IMG/VR virus record: IMGVR_UViG_3300017785_001872
Span: 1-34,996 of that record
Source of the DNA: a virus
Lineage: Duplodnaviria; Caudoviricetes
Length of the DNA stretch: 34,996 nt
Reading direction: 5' to 3' (one strand)
The notes below the pieces were generated by a model. The model made no database searches and was not told the origin of the DNA. It saw only the letters and a program-made list of their open reading frames with translations. The position numbers and the translations under genes were made by a program. Numbering within the stretch: position 1 is the stretch's first letter; every line of letters begins with the position of its first letter. Below are positions 1 to 11,900 of this stretch, piece after piece.

Positions 1-3
1 AAC

Positions 4-246
4 TTGCCTATTGGTCCGGCTACCTATGCTCAAGATTATATTAATCAGTTATTAAACGTCCTACGACTTTACTTTACTCAGGTAGATAACTTTTCTTTAT
101 CTACGGCTACGCCTAATTCTGGAACAACAGCAAATAGACCAACTGAGTTTCTTTTAGTAGGGCAGTTTTACTACGATACAACGCTTGTAAAACCTATTTA
201 TTGGAACGGAACTGTGTGGAAAGATTCCGCTGGAACAACGGTTTAA
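4..246 (+). CDS. Small virion/tail-associated protein, probably 5'-truncated by the window
   Basis: Frame is open from the window edge; the TTANRPT...GQFYYDTTL...YWNGTVW segment resembles phage tail-fibre-type repeats; lies just upstream of the ejection genes. Confidence 0.5.
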   Translation: MPIGPATYAQDYINQLLNVLRLYFTQVDNFSLSTATPNSGTTANRPTEFLLVGQFYYDTTLVKPIYWNGTVWKDSAGTTV

Positions 247-285
247 TATGATAAAATCAACTAACTTTCACACTGCGAGGGCTAT

Positions 286-2487
286 ATGAGCCAGCACTAT
301 ACTGCAAGACAATTAGCTTCTTACGGGCGTGGACCGGATACTGAACTTGTTCACATGTCTAGGAAAGAGATTAAAGGTCTTCAAGAATTAGCTCTGGCAC
401 ATGGTGGCTCTCTAACAATTAACCCAAATACAGGCTTAGCCGAAGCAGGATTTCTTAGCAAGATTCTACCTATGATTGCAGGTGGAGCGCTAATGATGAT
501 TCCGGGTGTAAACGCTTTAGCTGCCGCTGCTATGGTTGGTGGCGGTGTAGGTTTAGCCAAAGGTAGTTTAAAAGAAGGTTTGATGGCTGGACTTAGCGCC
601 TATGGTGGCGCAGGATTAGCATCGGGTTTAGCTGCGGCTGGAACTTCAGCTGCGGTGGATACAGCAGGAGCGGCGGCAGTTGACCAAGCTACAAATGCGG
701 CAGCTACACAAGCTGCAACAGCTACACAAACCGCAGCGGGGGAACAAATAGCGCAAGAAGCTGCTAAAAATGCCGCATATGAAGGTACCGTATTACCCGG
801 AAATTACGCTGAAATGGCAGCAAAACAATCTGCCCCACTAGGTCAAATTCAAGCTCAAAATTATCTGGCAGCTAATCAAGGTAATCTATCTGCCGAAACA
901 ATTAAAGGATTACAAAATGCTATACCCAACGCTCAAAACCCATTAGATATTGTTAGTTCTGCTGGAAAAGCAAGCGCATCTTTAAATCCTAGTGTAGTAG
1001 ACCCAACAACAGGGCAAATTTTTTCTAATATGGGGCAAGGGATAAAAACATTAGCAAATAATCCTTCCCAGCTACCCGGCTTTGCTAGTAGTAATATTGG
1101 AGCTTTAACTAGTTTAGCTTTACCAGTTTTAGAAGGAGATCAAAAGTCTAATGTTCCCGGTTATCAACCTGATGAATACGATAAGCGTTTAGGTAAATAT
1201 CATTTAGCTAGTAACTATAAAGCATACGAAGCGCCACAACCAAACCCATACTACAAAGCACAGTATGAACAGTACGCCAATGGTGGTGTTATAGGTTTAG
1301 CTATGGGTGGTATGCCACCTCGAACAAACTTTGCCAATCCTTCGCAGTCAATAATGGGAACATCGCAATATGATATGCCTACAGACCCAATGAGTGGAAA
1401 TATTGCTCAGCGCATGGCTGGTGGCGGTGTTACAGGTGGCGGAGAAATGCAATTAAACGTACCTATTAATATAGGTGGCGGCGGTGGCGGCAATAGTGGT
1501 TTTGGGGGTAGTGGTGGCTATGGTGGTTATAGTAGCGGAGCAGGTTATGCTCCTCCCGGTGGTCCTCAAGGTGGTTCCGCAGGTTCATTAGCTAGTTTAT
1601 TAAAAGGCGCTCAACAAGTTAAAGAAACTTCACCACTTGGACCACAAGCCCAAGGTGCGCAAATGAATATGCAAGAAAATGCTCAAATGGCTAAGGGCAT
1701 GTCTAACGATGGGCTTAATGGGTTTAGTCCTATACAAACAAACCAAGGAACATTATTAGCTGGACAGTTTTTACAGGGTTTAAGTGGTATGCCACAAGAC
1801 CAACAAGAATCTAGTGGGGCAATGTTTAATCCGTTTGATATGCAAGCCCAGAGTAATAACGCATATGCACAGCCACAACCAACTCTAGGAATGGCCTCAG
1901 GTGGTATTGCTAGATTTGCAGGTAGAGGTAAAAGCCAAGTTATTCAAGATTATTTAGATAGACAACAGAAAAGCGACAATTATTTACCAGAGTCTGTTGG
2001 TGTTCCAAGGACAGGTATATTTAGAGATACTGATATAGAGACGTATAAAAAACCTGCTCTTGAAGCTTCTGTTATTAGACTAGGAAAAATTTACGGTGCT
2101 GCTGGTATTAAACCTGCAAAACTCCCTAAAACTTCTATTAAAGGTTTAGGCGATGTAAGTGGCGCTACTCCTGATACTACAGAAGCTGCTAGAGGGGGCA
2201 CTATGCGTTCTCATTTAGGTGGTTACTCAGATGGTGGGCGTATGCTTAAGGGTCCGGGTGATGGCATGAGTGACGACATTCCCGCTACTATTTCTGGAAA
2301 ACAGCCAGCCCGTTTAGCTGATGGCGAGTTTGTTATTCCAGCAGATGTAGTATCTCATTTAGGTAACGGCTCAACCGATGCTGGAGCTAAAAAGCTATAC
2401 AGTATGATGGCTAAAATTCGTAAAGCTCGTACAGGTAAAAAGAAACAAGCACCTGCTGTTAAAGCAGATAGGTTTATGCCCGCATGA
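286..2487 (+). CDS. Internal virion / DNA ejection protein (Gly/Ala/Gln-rich)
   Basis: 733 aa; GAGG RBS; hydrophobic Gly/Ala helices; C-terminal GPGDGMSDDIPA...LADGEFVIPA segment like those in tape-measure and ejection proteins; repeated xAxGG motifs. Confidence 0.6.
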   Translation: MSQHYTARQLASYGRGPDTELVHMSRKEIKGLQELALAHGGSLTINPNTGLAEAGFLSKILPMIAGGALMMIPGVNALAAAAMVGGGVGLAKGSLKEGLMAGLSAYGGAGLASGLAAAGTSAAVDTAGAAAVDQATNAAATQAATATQTAAGEQIAQEAAKNAAYEGTVLPGNYAEMAAKQSAPLGQIQAQNYLAANQGNLSAETIKGLQNAIPNAQNPLDIVSSAGKASASLNPSVVDPTTGQIFSNMGQGIKTLANNPSQLPGFASSNIGALTSLALPVLEGDQKSNVPGYQPDEYDKRLGKYHLASNYKAYEAPQPNPYYKAQYEQYANGGVIGLAMGGMPPRTNFANPSQSIMGTSQYDMPTDPMSGNIAQRMAGGGVTGGGEMQLNVPINIGGGGGGNSGFGGSGGYGGYSSGAGYAPPGGPQGGSAGSLASLLKGAQQVKETSPLGPQAQGAQMNMQENAQMAKGMSNDGLNGFSPIQTNQGTLLAGQFLQGLSGMPQDQQESSGAMFNPFDMQAQSNNAYAQPQPTLGMASGGIARFAGRGKSQVIQDYLDRQQKSDNYLPESVGVPRTGIFRDTDIETYKKPALEASVIRLGKIYGAAGIKPAKLPKTSIKGLGDVSGATPDTTEAARGGTMRSHLGGYSDGGRMLKGPGDGMSDDIPATISGKQPARLADGEFVIPADVVSHLGNGSTDAGAKKLYSMMAKIRKARTGKKKQAPAVKADRFMPA

Positions 2488-2897
2488 CGTTGACGGTTAA
2501 GCCAGTTTTTACCGATCATTTTCATCAAACATGGCCTTTAGTTGAAGATTTTTTTAAAGCTGTTTTAAAAGTAGACGCAGAAGAATACACAATAGATCAA
2601 ATTAAGGGTTTATTGTCTCAAGGTATTTGGTTATTATTAGTAGCAGTAGACGAACAAAATGAAATTCACGGTGTTGGAACCATTGAGTTTATAAATAAAT
2701 TTAATGACAGGATTGCTTTTATAACTACATTAGCTGGTAAAAACATTGTGAACGAAGATGTGTACAAACAAATGTGTGCTATTGCAAAATTAAACGGAGC
2801 CACAAAAGTAAGATGTGCAGCAAAAGAATCAACCGTACGGCTTTATAAACAGGTAGGTATGAAAGAACGCCACATTATATTAGAGGCAACACTATGA
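2484..2897 (+). CDS. GNAT-fold (acetyltransferase-like) virion-module protein
   Basis: 137 aa; ATGA overlaps with both neighbours; GNAT-like pattern (WLLLVAVD...HGVG...RLYKQVGM); typical position between podovirus ejection genes. Confidence 0.5.
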   Translation: MTLTVKPVFTDHFHQTWPLVEDFFKAVLKVDAEEYTIDQIKGLLSQGIWLLLVAVDEQNEIHGVGTIEFINKFNDRIAFITTLAGKNIVNEDVYKQMCAIAKLNGATKVRCAAKESTVRLYKQVGMKERHIILEATL

Positions 2898-5800
2898 ATT
2901 TAATTAAACTATTTAAAACCTTTTTAATAGATCAATTTGTTTTTAAACTTGGCGGCGATAGCGGCGGTGGGCAACCAACTCAGTCTACTTCTTATAATAC
3001 TAATCTACCTGAGTATGCTAAACCCTATGTTACAAACATGTTGGAGTCAACTCAACGACAATTATTTAATGTTGATGATGGTGGGGGTATAACTGGATTT
3101 AAACCATATAAACCATATAGTTCTGATGTAAATAACTATACTGCTGGGTTTAGTCCTATGCAACAACAAGCTCAAAGAGGAACAGCTAACCTCCAAGTTC
3201 CGGGACAATATCAAGCTGCTACTAATCTAACAAATCAAGCTGCCGCTGGCTCTTTAGCCGCCTCTAATCAAGCAAGTGGTTTACAAAATCAAGCTTTAGG
3301 TTATGGTCAAGCCGGTGCTGCATATGGTGGAGCAGGTGCTCAATATGGTGGTGCTGGAGCAGAACAAGCTCAACAAGCCGCAGCATTAACTGGCGCACAA
3401 GCGGGTATGTACGGTGGGTTAGGTTCACAAGCTGGACAAAGGGCGGCTGATTTATCTAATTTATATGGCGGCTTAGGCGCTCAGTCTGGTCAAACAGCAG
3501 CCGGTCAATCTGCTTTATACGGTGGTCTAGGTGCTCAATCTGGAGAACGCTATGCTGGGCAATCCCTTGGCTATGGTGGTATGGGAGCTGGATTAGGACT
3601 GCAAGCAGCCGGTGTTGGTAATCAGTATGCGCAACAAGCAACAAGTCCTGCGGCAATGCAAGCATATATGAACCCATATGTGCAGTCTTCACTAGCACCG
3701 CAACTTGCTGAGATTCAACGCCAAGCTGATATAACAGGCACACAACAAAGAAGTGGCGCAGCTAAATCTGGCGCATTTGGTGGAAGTCGTGAAGCATTAA
3801 TGTCTGCCGAAAACCAAAGAGCAGCACAGATGGCTAAGCAACAAGCTATTGGTCAAGGTTACGATAAAGCATTCCAACAAGCTCAACAAGCACAACAGTA
3901 TGGCGCTAATTTAGGACTGCAAGGACTGCAAGCTGGTATGCAAGGTACTGCGCAAGGGATGCAAGGGGTTGGGCAAGCTGGCTCACAGGCATTAGCTGGC
4001 TATGGTATGGGGCTACAAGGTGCTAATCAAGCTGGAAATCAAGCTATGCAAGGTTACGGTATGGGCTTGCAGGGTGCTGGACAAGCTGGTACTCAGGCTA
4101 TGCAAGGTTACGGTATGGGCTTACAAGGAGTTGGCGCACAACAAGCTGCGGCTAATTTAGCTTTACAAGGAACAGCGCAAGGAATGCAAGGTGCTGGTTT
4201 AGGTATGCAAGGTGCACAAGCTGGACAACAAGGAGTCCAAGGCGCTATTGGTGCTGGGCAGTATGGGCTACAAGGACTTGGTCAAGCTGGACAAATGGCT
4301 AATCAACTTGCTGGTATTGGCGGGCAACAACTTGCGGCTCAACAAGGAATTTATTCTGCACAGAATGCAATGGGCGCACAGCAACAAGCTCTTGAACAGC
4401 AGAAGATTAATCAAGCTATTCAAGATTACGCTACACAGCAACAGTATCCGCTCATGCAACTTGGCTTTATGTCCAACATGTTGCGTGGCTTACCTATGCA
4501 AGCAACTACTACGCAAGCTTATCAAGCTCAACCTTCAGCACTTAATCAAGGCCTTGGTGTTTTGGCTGGTGCAGCTGGTGCTAAGCAAGCTGGTTTGTTT
4601 AGAGAAGGGGGAACTATCAAGGGTCTAGCTCAAGGGGGCGTTACTGGCTACGCTAATACCGGTATGGTTCAGGGTAATCCTGCTAGTGAAGTAGTAAGTG
4701 GTGTTCAAGCTAAACTACAAATGATGAGTCCTGAGCAGCTTCAACAAGTAGCTAAGACTAGCCCTAGTGAGAAAATACGTGCTATGGCTTTAGAGATGTT
4801 ACAAGAATATAAGATTAGAGAGCAAGCTGAGCAACAAGCCAAGAATTCTATTATGCAAGACCAAAAAGCTATGCCTACTCCTGTATCTCAAGGTGTTGGA
4901 CTACCCGCAGCGCCAGCTCCGTCTTTAGATGGTATGGCTAGTGGAGGCATTATAGCTTTTGCTGATGAGGGACAGGTTTCGTTAAACCCAGACGATGAGG
5001 CTCTTTTACGTCAAAAATATATTACCGCCGCTCAAAAACAACGGGAAGCCCTTGGTCTTGATGCTTCACAAGCACCACGTAAAGAATACTATGCAAAAGA
5101 AGCTGAAGATATAGCAAGGACTAAAGAAGAAAACAAAGGTAAGTACTTAATGGACTTAGGTTTAGGTCTTGCTGGGTCAACTGGTAATTTTATACCCTCT
5201 GTAGCCAGAGCAGCTAGTGTCGCTGGGGTAGCAGCAGAATCAAGAAAAGAATCTGCTAGAAGCCGTGAAGGTCAATTAGCAAAAGGTTTAGCTGATGTTG
5301 CTGAAGGCGAGCGCTTAATAAAACTAGGTGATGTTACCGCAGGTAACGCTATGTACGAAAAAGGTGCGGAGCGTATTAATAAAGTACAAGTAGCGGGAAT
5401 TAAACCAAAAGATACTAATCAAAAAGATTATGCAAATGCTTATGTAGCGGCTGCAAAAGCTAAAGGGGATAAACGGGAGGAAGCTATTATTTATGCTGAA
5501 GGTACTGATAAATATGTAAACGCAGTACAAGCATCAAGATTTGCGCAGGTTGGTGTTGGGGCTACAAATGCTACAACAAATCAACAGGAATTAATGGCGG
5601 GTATTGTAAGAGACGCTAATGCTGAAGTTACAAACCTTTTAAAACCTTTTGGTATGAGTAAGGAATCTAGAATATACAAAGGACTTCAAGAGGCCGACGC
5701 AAAAAATGGCACCAATACTGCTTCTCAATATCAAGACGACTTAATTAAAAAGAGTATAGCTCGTAGAAGTCAACAAAACGCAGCACCAGCAGGGGGAGGA

Positions 5801-5908
5801 AGTAGCGCATCTACTTCGCCAGCAGCTAACCCACTTGTTATGGATGGGTTTTTATTTCCAGATAAAAAAAGTTTAGACGCATATAAAGCAAAAAAAGCAC
5901 AAGGGTAA
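2894..5908 (+). CDS. DNA ejection/pilot protein with Gln/Gly/Ala helical repeats
   Basis: 1004 aa; YMNPY and GAFGGSR motifs common in podovirus ejection proteins; 18-aa and 7-aa repeats. Confidence 0.65.
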   Translation: MNLIKLFKTFLIDQFVFKLGGDSGGGQPTQSTSYNTNLPEYAKPYVTNMLESTQRQLFNVDDGGGITGFKPYKPYSSDVNNYTAGFSPMQQQAQRGTANLQVPGQYQAATNLTNQAAAGSLAASNQASGLQNQALGYGQAGAAYGGAGAQYGGAGAEQAQQAAALTGAQAGMYGGLGSQAGQRAADLSNLYGGLGAQSGQTAAGQSALYGGLGAQSGERYAGQSLGYGGMGAGLGLQAAGVGNQYAQQATSPAAMQAYMNPYVQSSLAPQLAEIQRQADITGTQQRSGAAKSGAFGGSREALMSAENQRAAQMAKQQAIGQGYDKAFQQAQQAQQYGANLGLQGLQAGMQGTAQGMQGVGQAGSQALAGYGMGLQGANQAGNQAMQGYGMGLQGAGQAGTQAMQGYGMGLQGVGAQQAAANLALQGTAQGMQGAGLGMQGAQAGQQGVQGAIGAGQYGLQGLGQAGQMANQLAGIGGQQLAAQQGIYSAQNAMGAQQQALEQQKINQAIQDYATQQQYPLMQLGFMSNMLRGLPMQATTTQAYQAQPSALNQGLGVLAGAAGAKQAGLFREGGTIKGLAQGGVTGYANTGMVQGNPASEVVSGVQAKLQMMSPEQLQQVAKTSPSEKIRAMALEMLQEYKIREQAEQQAKNSIMQDQKAMPTPVSQGVGLPAAPAPSLDGMASGGIIAFADEGQVSLNPDDEALLRQKYITAAQKQREALGLDASQAPRKEYYAKEAEDIARTKEENKGKYLMDLGLGLAGSTGNFIPSVARAASVAGVAAESRKESARSREGQLAKGLADVAEGERLIKLGDVTAGNAMYEKGAERINKVQVAGIKPKDTNQKDYANAYVAAAKAKGDKREEAIIYAEGTDKYVNAVQASRFAQVGVGATNATTNQQELMAGIVRDANAEVTNLLKPFGMSKESRIYKGLQEADAKNGTNTASQYQDDLIKKSIARRSQQNAAPAGGGSSASTSPAANPLVMDGFLFPDKKSLDAYKAKKAQG
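3405..3590 (+). repeat. Intragenic 54-bp (18-aa) repeats, YGGLGAQSG type, about 4 copies
   Basis: GMYGGLGSQAGQRAADLS / NLYGGLGAQSGQTAAGQS / ALYGGLGAQSGERYAGQS / LGYGGMG. Confidence 0.8.
3965..4135 (+). repeat. Intragenic 54-bp (18-aa) repeats, QAMQGYGMGLQG type, 3 copies
   Basis: AGSQALAGYGMGLQGANQ / AGNQAMQGYGMGLQGAGQ / AGTQAMQGYGMGLQGVGA; gctatgcaaggttacggtatgggctt is repeated exactly in the DNA. Confidence 0.85.
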
Positions 5909-5911
5909 CAA

Positions 5912-8900
5912 ATGAACCTTAGCGAATTAGCTGCGCAGTATGGCGGTAAGCCTATTGAACAAGCAAAGCCTAACCTTAATGAGTTAGCAGCTCAGTTTGG
6001 TGGTAAGCCCATTGAAGAAACTGATAAGCTATCTACGCTTGCTGCACAGTTTGGTGGGAAACCAATAAAAGAAACTGAACCTGAATCAAAACCCTCGGCT
6101 GATCTTGCTATGGGAAGTGAACTTGTTAAAGGCGCTAAAAGTGGAGTAGTCGGGATTAAGTCAATGGTTGCTGGCGTTGATTTACTTAAAGATGCAAGTC
6201 TTGTTGGTAGTGCACTTAAAAATCTTAATGTCTATAATCAAATTGATGAAGGCAAAATAACTTCTCTTGCTGATGCTAAAGGCCTTGGTTTACCACAAGA
6301 CCAAATAAGAATGTATTTGGCTGCTAAGACTCCCGAAGCAAAAGAGCAAATGAGACAAAACCAACAAGGTATTATTGATAAACGCCAAGGTTTTATTAAA
6401 GAAGGGTTAAGTTTATTTAAACAATACCAAGCTGATGCCCAAAAAGTTAAAGGTAGAACCCCTGACTTTACAGATATAGGAACAGCTAAAGACTTTGGAA
6501 ACTGGCTTGCTTTTAACGTAGGTGCGGGCGCTGTGCAACTTGCCCCTATTATATTAGCTGCATTAACCACAGGTGGCGCTGGTGCAGCCGCTATTGGTGT
6601 TAGTATGGGTATCGGTGAAACTGTAGGCAACCGCCTAGAGTTTATTCAAAAGAAAGTTAAAGACTTATCACCTGAAAAACAAGCAGATGAAATAGAAAAG
6701 TACATTAGGGATACTGGTGACTCTTCTTTGCTTATTGGAGCGTTGTCAGGGTCATTAGATTTAATAGGCCCAGTTTCTAGTATATTAAAAGCTCGTGCAG
6801 GTAAAGAAGGGTTTAAGTATTTAACTAAAAAAGATGCGCTTAAAGCTGCGGCTGTACAAGCACCGAAAGATATTGCAAAAGAAGGTGTTACTGGTGGCGC
6901 ACAAGAAACTATTCAAATTGGTGGAGAGTACGGACTTAAAGAACAAACCGGTGACGTACTTACTAAAGCAAATAGAAACCGTCTTATTAATGCTTCTACT
7001 GCTGAAGCTGCTGGTAGTCTAAGTGGTATCCCAGTATCTGGCGGTATAAATGTAGCCCAAGCGCAACAAAATCAAAATATAGAAAAAGCAAAAGAAGCGG
7101 CTATAGAACGGGATAAACTAGCAACAGCACTTAGTGACCCCGCAGCAATGGAGAAATTATCCAAAACTTTTCAACAAGAAGTTGACAGGTTAATAGGAAC
7201 TCCAAACCCTAAATACAATGGTACAAAGCAAGAAGGACGATTATATTCACAACAAGAAGCATATGACGCAGCTGGCGATCTTGTTCTAAAAGGAGGAATT
7301 TTAGATGTCGATACAACAACTGACAGTGGAGCAGCTAAATCTAGCGTTTCTGTGTCTGGAGGCCAAAGCACAACCAACACCGGACCTGATGCAACTGGAC
7401 GTACAGACTTGGGACCAGATACTACAACTGCTGTGGCTATTGAAGGGGGAGAAGGAGCTCAGCTCAATACATTAACCCCAGAAGTACGACAAACAGCTCT
7501 TTTAAAGTTAATGTCGTTTCAAGATAATGCTGGAACACCGCCTAAACCTAGAGAGGTTAATGCATTAGCTCGTGACTTAGGCATTAAAGTTAAAAAAGGC
7601 GCTAAGGTGCCTGACACCCTACAAAAAATTCAAAGTGTTTTAGCCCCACCAGAAACGATTAGCGGCGCGGCAGCTGATGTATCTACAGATACTAACGTAC
7701 CTGCAACATTAGAACAAACTGAAGTAGATGTAACAGACTCAAATTCATACTTTAACTACCTTGATGTTCTTAAAGCTAAACTAGATGCGGCATATGATGC
7801 TGGTGATGTCGCTAGTCAAAAATTAGAAAAATTAAATAACACTCCAACTCCAAGCGGGGGTAGAGCATTAATTACCTATGAAGTTGAGTTAGAAGATGCA
7901 GAAAGAATAAGAAAAGAAAAAAGCGAAGAGTTTCAAAATATTTATGCGCAAATGGAAGAATTAAAAGTTGCTAGGGAAAAAGCATTAGACGCACAAGACT
8001 TAGCTGACCAAGAAGTCGTAGACCCAAATTTAGCTACTCAAAAAACTGACCAAGAAGTCGTAGACCCAAACTTAGCTGACCAAAAGACTGGAGCTCAAGA
8101 AGTTGTAGACCCAAACTTAGCTAACCAAGAAGTTGTAGTTGACCAAGAAGCTGAAGCTCAAAATGCCGCAATTGAAAATGTAGAAACTGATGAAGACTTA
8201 GATAATGTAGACCAACTTTTTGGGCAGCCTCCAAAAGGTAAAGGCGGTAGAAAAGCACTTGACCGTACACCTGAGCAACAACAAGCAGCAGCTCAAGTAC
8301 GTAAAGCCCAGCAACAAGCTGGACGAGATTCTATTGATGACATTACTAGAGCCGAGAAACTTTTTGATGGCACAGAAAATATTGACCCTGATACTTTCCT
8401 TGACAAATATCCAACCGAAGAAGCTGCTAGAGAAGCCGTAGCTGCAATAACAGAATCAAGATTAAGTGCATTAACAACAGCTTATGGCTATACAACAGGT
8501 TCATCCAAAAAGAAAAAAGCTGGGGTTAGGGGCGCTGCTTTACTAGCAAAAGCTACACCTGAAGAACAAAACCTTGCTAAGCAACGCTACGAAGACCAGC
8601 AAAATATAGGAAAACCGTCTCGTGCTATGCTGCCTAAAGGGGGCTCAACTAGCGACAAAACCAATCTTGAGTTTGAAAAGTTTAATAATATTAAAGGCGC
8701 AGTTAACTCAATACTTAATAGCAAAACAAGTACCCCATTTGAAAAAATATTAGCTGCACGAATCTTACCGTTTATTAATGGTGTTAAATTCCAAGTAGTA
8801 GATAGTCATTTAGATTTGCCCACAACATACCTTCAAAACTTTATGGAAGGTGCGGCTGGTCTATATGTACCGGCAAGAAGAATTGTTTATGTATTACGAA

Positions 8901-11900
8901 AAGGCGGGTTAAATAATACTATTATATTGCATGAGGCTTTGCACGCTGCTACTGTTTCTAGAATTGATACTTACACTAAGTTAAAAGCCGAAGGTCGCAT
9001 GGTGCCCGAGCAGCTATCTCGAACCATTCAAGAGTTAGAAGAAACAATGGTTATAGCTAAACAGCGTTACGACCAGCTTATAGAAGAAAGAATTATCTCT
9101 GGAGATCGAACCGTTCTTACAGATGACATGCTAGATATTCCTACCGATGCTTTTGATGATATTAAAGAGTTTGTTACTTACGGTATGACTTTTCCTCCAA
9201 TGCAAGATTTTCTTTTACTTACTGAAGGAATATATGCAGGGACAAGTACGGATATTCAAAAACAAGCAAATGTTGTTGACAAGTTATTTACTAAGTTTGT
9301 ACAAAGTATTCGCCAATTATTTAGCATGGACGAGACGCATCAGTCCGCTCTGCAAGACTTAATTATTATTACTAACAAGTTATTATCCCCAGCCATAAGA
9401 AGTGAAATAAGCACCACTAGTACTCCGTCAGCCGCTAAAGCTAAAAAACCACCGGCAGCACCTAAACCCCCTGCCAAACCTAAAACACTTAAAGTTGTTC
9501 AAACTGCACTTAGAAAACTTAAATTTTCTAAAATGGGTTCGGAGTTTAATAAGAGTCTTGGTACTTTGTACATGGAGACTAGAAATTTTGCAGATGCCCT
9601 TAGATTATTAAAGTCTAATTACAACGCTTTAGAAGTAGGTACTATAAGAACAGTACTGCCTGTTCTTACTACAGAAGATATTACTAGATGGGTAGGAGAT
9701 AGGATACAGCCTATAGAAACCATCAATGATGCCGTAAATGACATGGCGGGTATGCGCATTAAATTAATTCGTGAGTTAGCAGAAAAACAAGAACCATGGA
9801 CTAACTTTAATCAAAAGTACCCAGAAGGCGGACAAGCACTTGCGGATGTAATAAACCTGTCTACTATATTAGAAGTTGACCCTACTAAACATTCTGATGT
9901 AACCTCCGCTTTAAAAAATGACGTTAAGTTACAGCGGATTGAAGCCGACATTCTTAACCCACCTGTAGACCCAAAAACAAAAAAACCTAAAAACTTGGCT
10001 AGTCTTAAAAAGGAAAGAACAGAACGTATTGCAAAAATTAAACTTATTTACGAAGGCGGTGTTCTTGATGAAGCTAGTGTACGTCCCGTTAATGGTGTTC
10101 CGGCTAAACAAAAATTTACATTCCAAGGTTGGGATAAATTAGGTAAGTACGGTAAGGGGGAAGGACACGCTATATTTAAAATGGCTAAGGAAAGCTATCA
10201 ATCCATTTTTGATATGCACGAAAAGCTATTGATTGAAAAAATTGCCGCCTCTCAAGTACCGGGAGATGTTAATGATGCCTCTACACCTAAAGGTAGATTG
10301 ATTGCATCTATTACTAAAACTTTCCAAGAAGCAAAACTGTTAGAAATTTATTTTCCATTAATGCGGTATGGTACTTTTTGGTTTAATTATGGTACAGGTA
10401 AATCAGGCGAATTCCATATGTTTGAAAGTGCTACTGCTAGAAACGAAGCAATGGCGGAACGTGTTGCAATGCTTAATGCCGCTGGGGATAACCGTACTTT
10501 AGCAGAACTACAAAAAGATGGAGATATTGACGCTGGAGATGATATTCGAAAGTTAAGGGAAAAAGATTTAGGCGCTACTGATTCTAGCAAAATGCTTAAA
10601 GAACTTTTTTCTATGTTAGACAAAAATAAATTAACTGACATTGACGCTATTAAAGATAATATTTATCAGATGTATTTAATGACTTTACCTGAGCCAGACA
10701 TTCGTCGTAAGTTTACACATCGTCAAGGTAAAACAGGTTTTAGTAATGACGTACTCCGCAACTTTATTGTTACGCACCACACAGCCGCTAATCAATTAGC
10801 TCGATTAAAATACGCCGACAAAGTGCGTGATGGTATTGCAGCAGCGTATGCATCCTTAGCTGGTAATCCTGACAAAATAAAATTATCTGCATTTGTTAGA
10901 GAAATTAGCATCCGTGCATTAAAAGAAATTACTCCTAGCACGCCTAATGACGGTGATATTCCTTGGGATAAAGTTGCTAATACAGCAAACCAAGTAGTAT
11001 TTTATATGTTACTAACGGCACCTAAATCTGCCTTAATACAAATGACCCAGTTGCATGTAGTAGGTTTACCTATGTTAGCAACTAAATATGGGCTTAATAC
11101 TTTTACAACTGCCGCTAGATATTCAATGTTTTGGAATAAATTTGGTTTAACTAAAAAAGATAAAAATGGAGATATAGTAACTGAGTGGGGACAGCCTTCG
11201 ATTGCAGACTCTAGCTATATAAAATACCATAAAAACCCTGTATACAAAAAAATTCTAACGGATGCATGGAACTACGCTAACGATAGAGATGTATTCCAAT
11301 CTACTTATGCAAATGATATGTACTCCATGTCAGCCGTGCCTACTTCAGAATATTATGGAAAAATAAGAAGCGTTGTTAGATGGACAGGTAACTTTACAGC
11401 TGGTGCATTCCACCATGCCGAGCGTATCTCTCGTGAAATTATGTTTATGTCTTCGTTTGAATTAGACTACAAAGCAAATTTAAATAAAGGTATGTCTCCT
11501 GCAAATGCTGCTGAAAAAGCGCAAAAAACGGCTTATCAACTTACAAATGATGCTTTATTTAATTACACAGACTATAACAAACCCCGTGTAATGAAAACTG
11601 TACCGGGGCGTATTGCATTCCAATTTTTGTCATTCGGTGCGCAAATGACATCGCTCTTAGTACGTAATTTTTATGGTCTGTTACCGTTTTTAAATAAATC
11701 TGAAAAGAAAGAAGCTGCTTCCATATTTTTTGGTATTCTTCTTATGACCGGTATGTATTCTGGTGTTACAGGATTTCCTCTTTACTCCTTTATTCTAGGT
11801 GTAGCAGAGGGCGTGCGAGAAGCAATGCGCCCCGGCATGGGAGAAGATGATGAAGATTATGACCTTTACTATGACGAGTCTGAAACTGGAGGGCCGCTTG

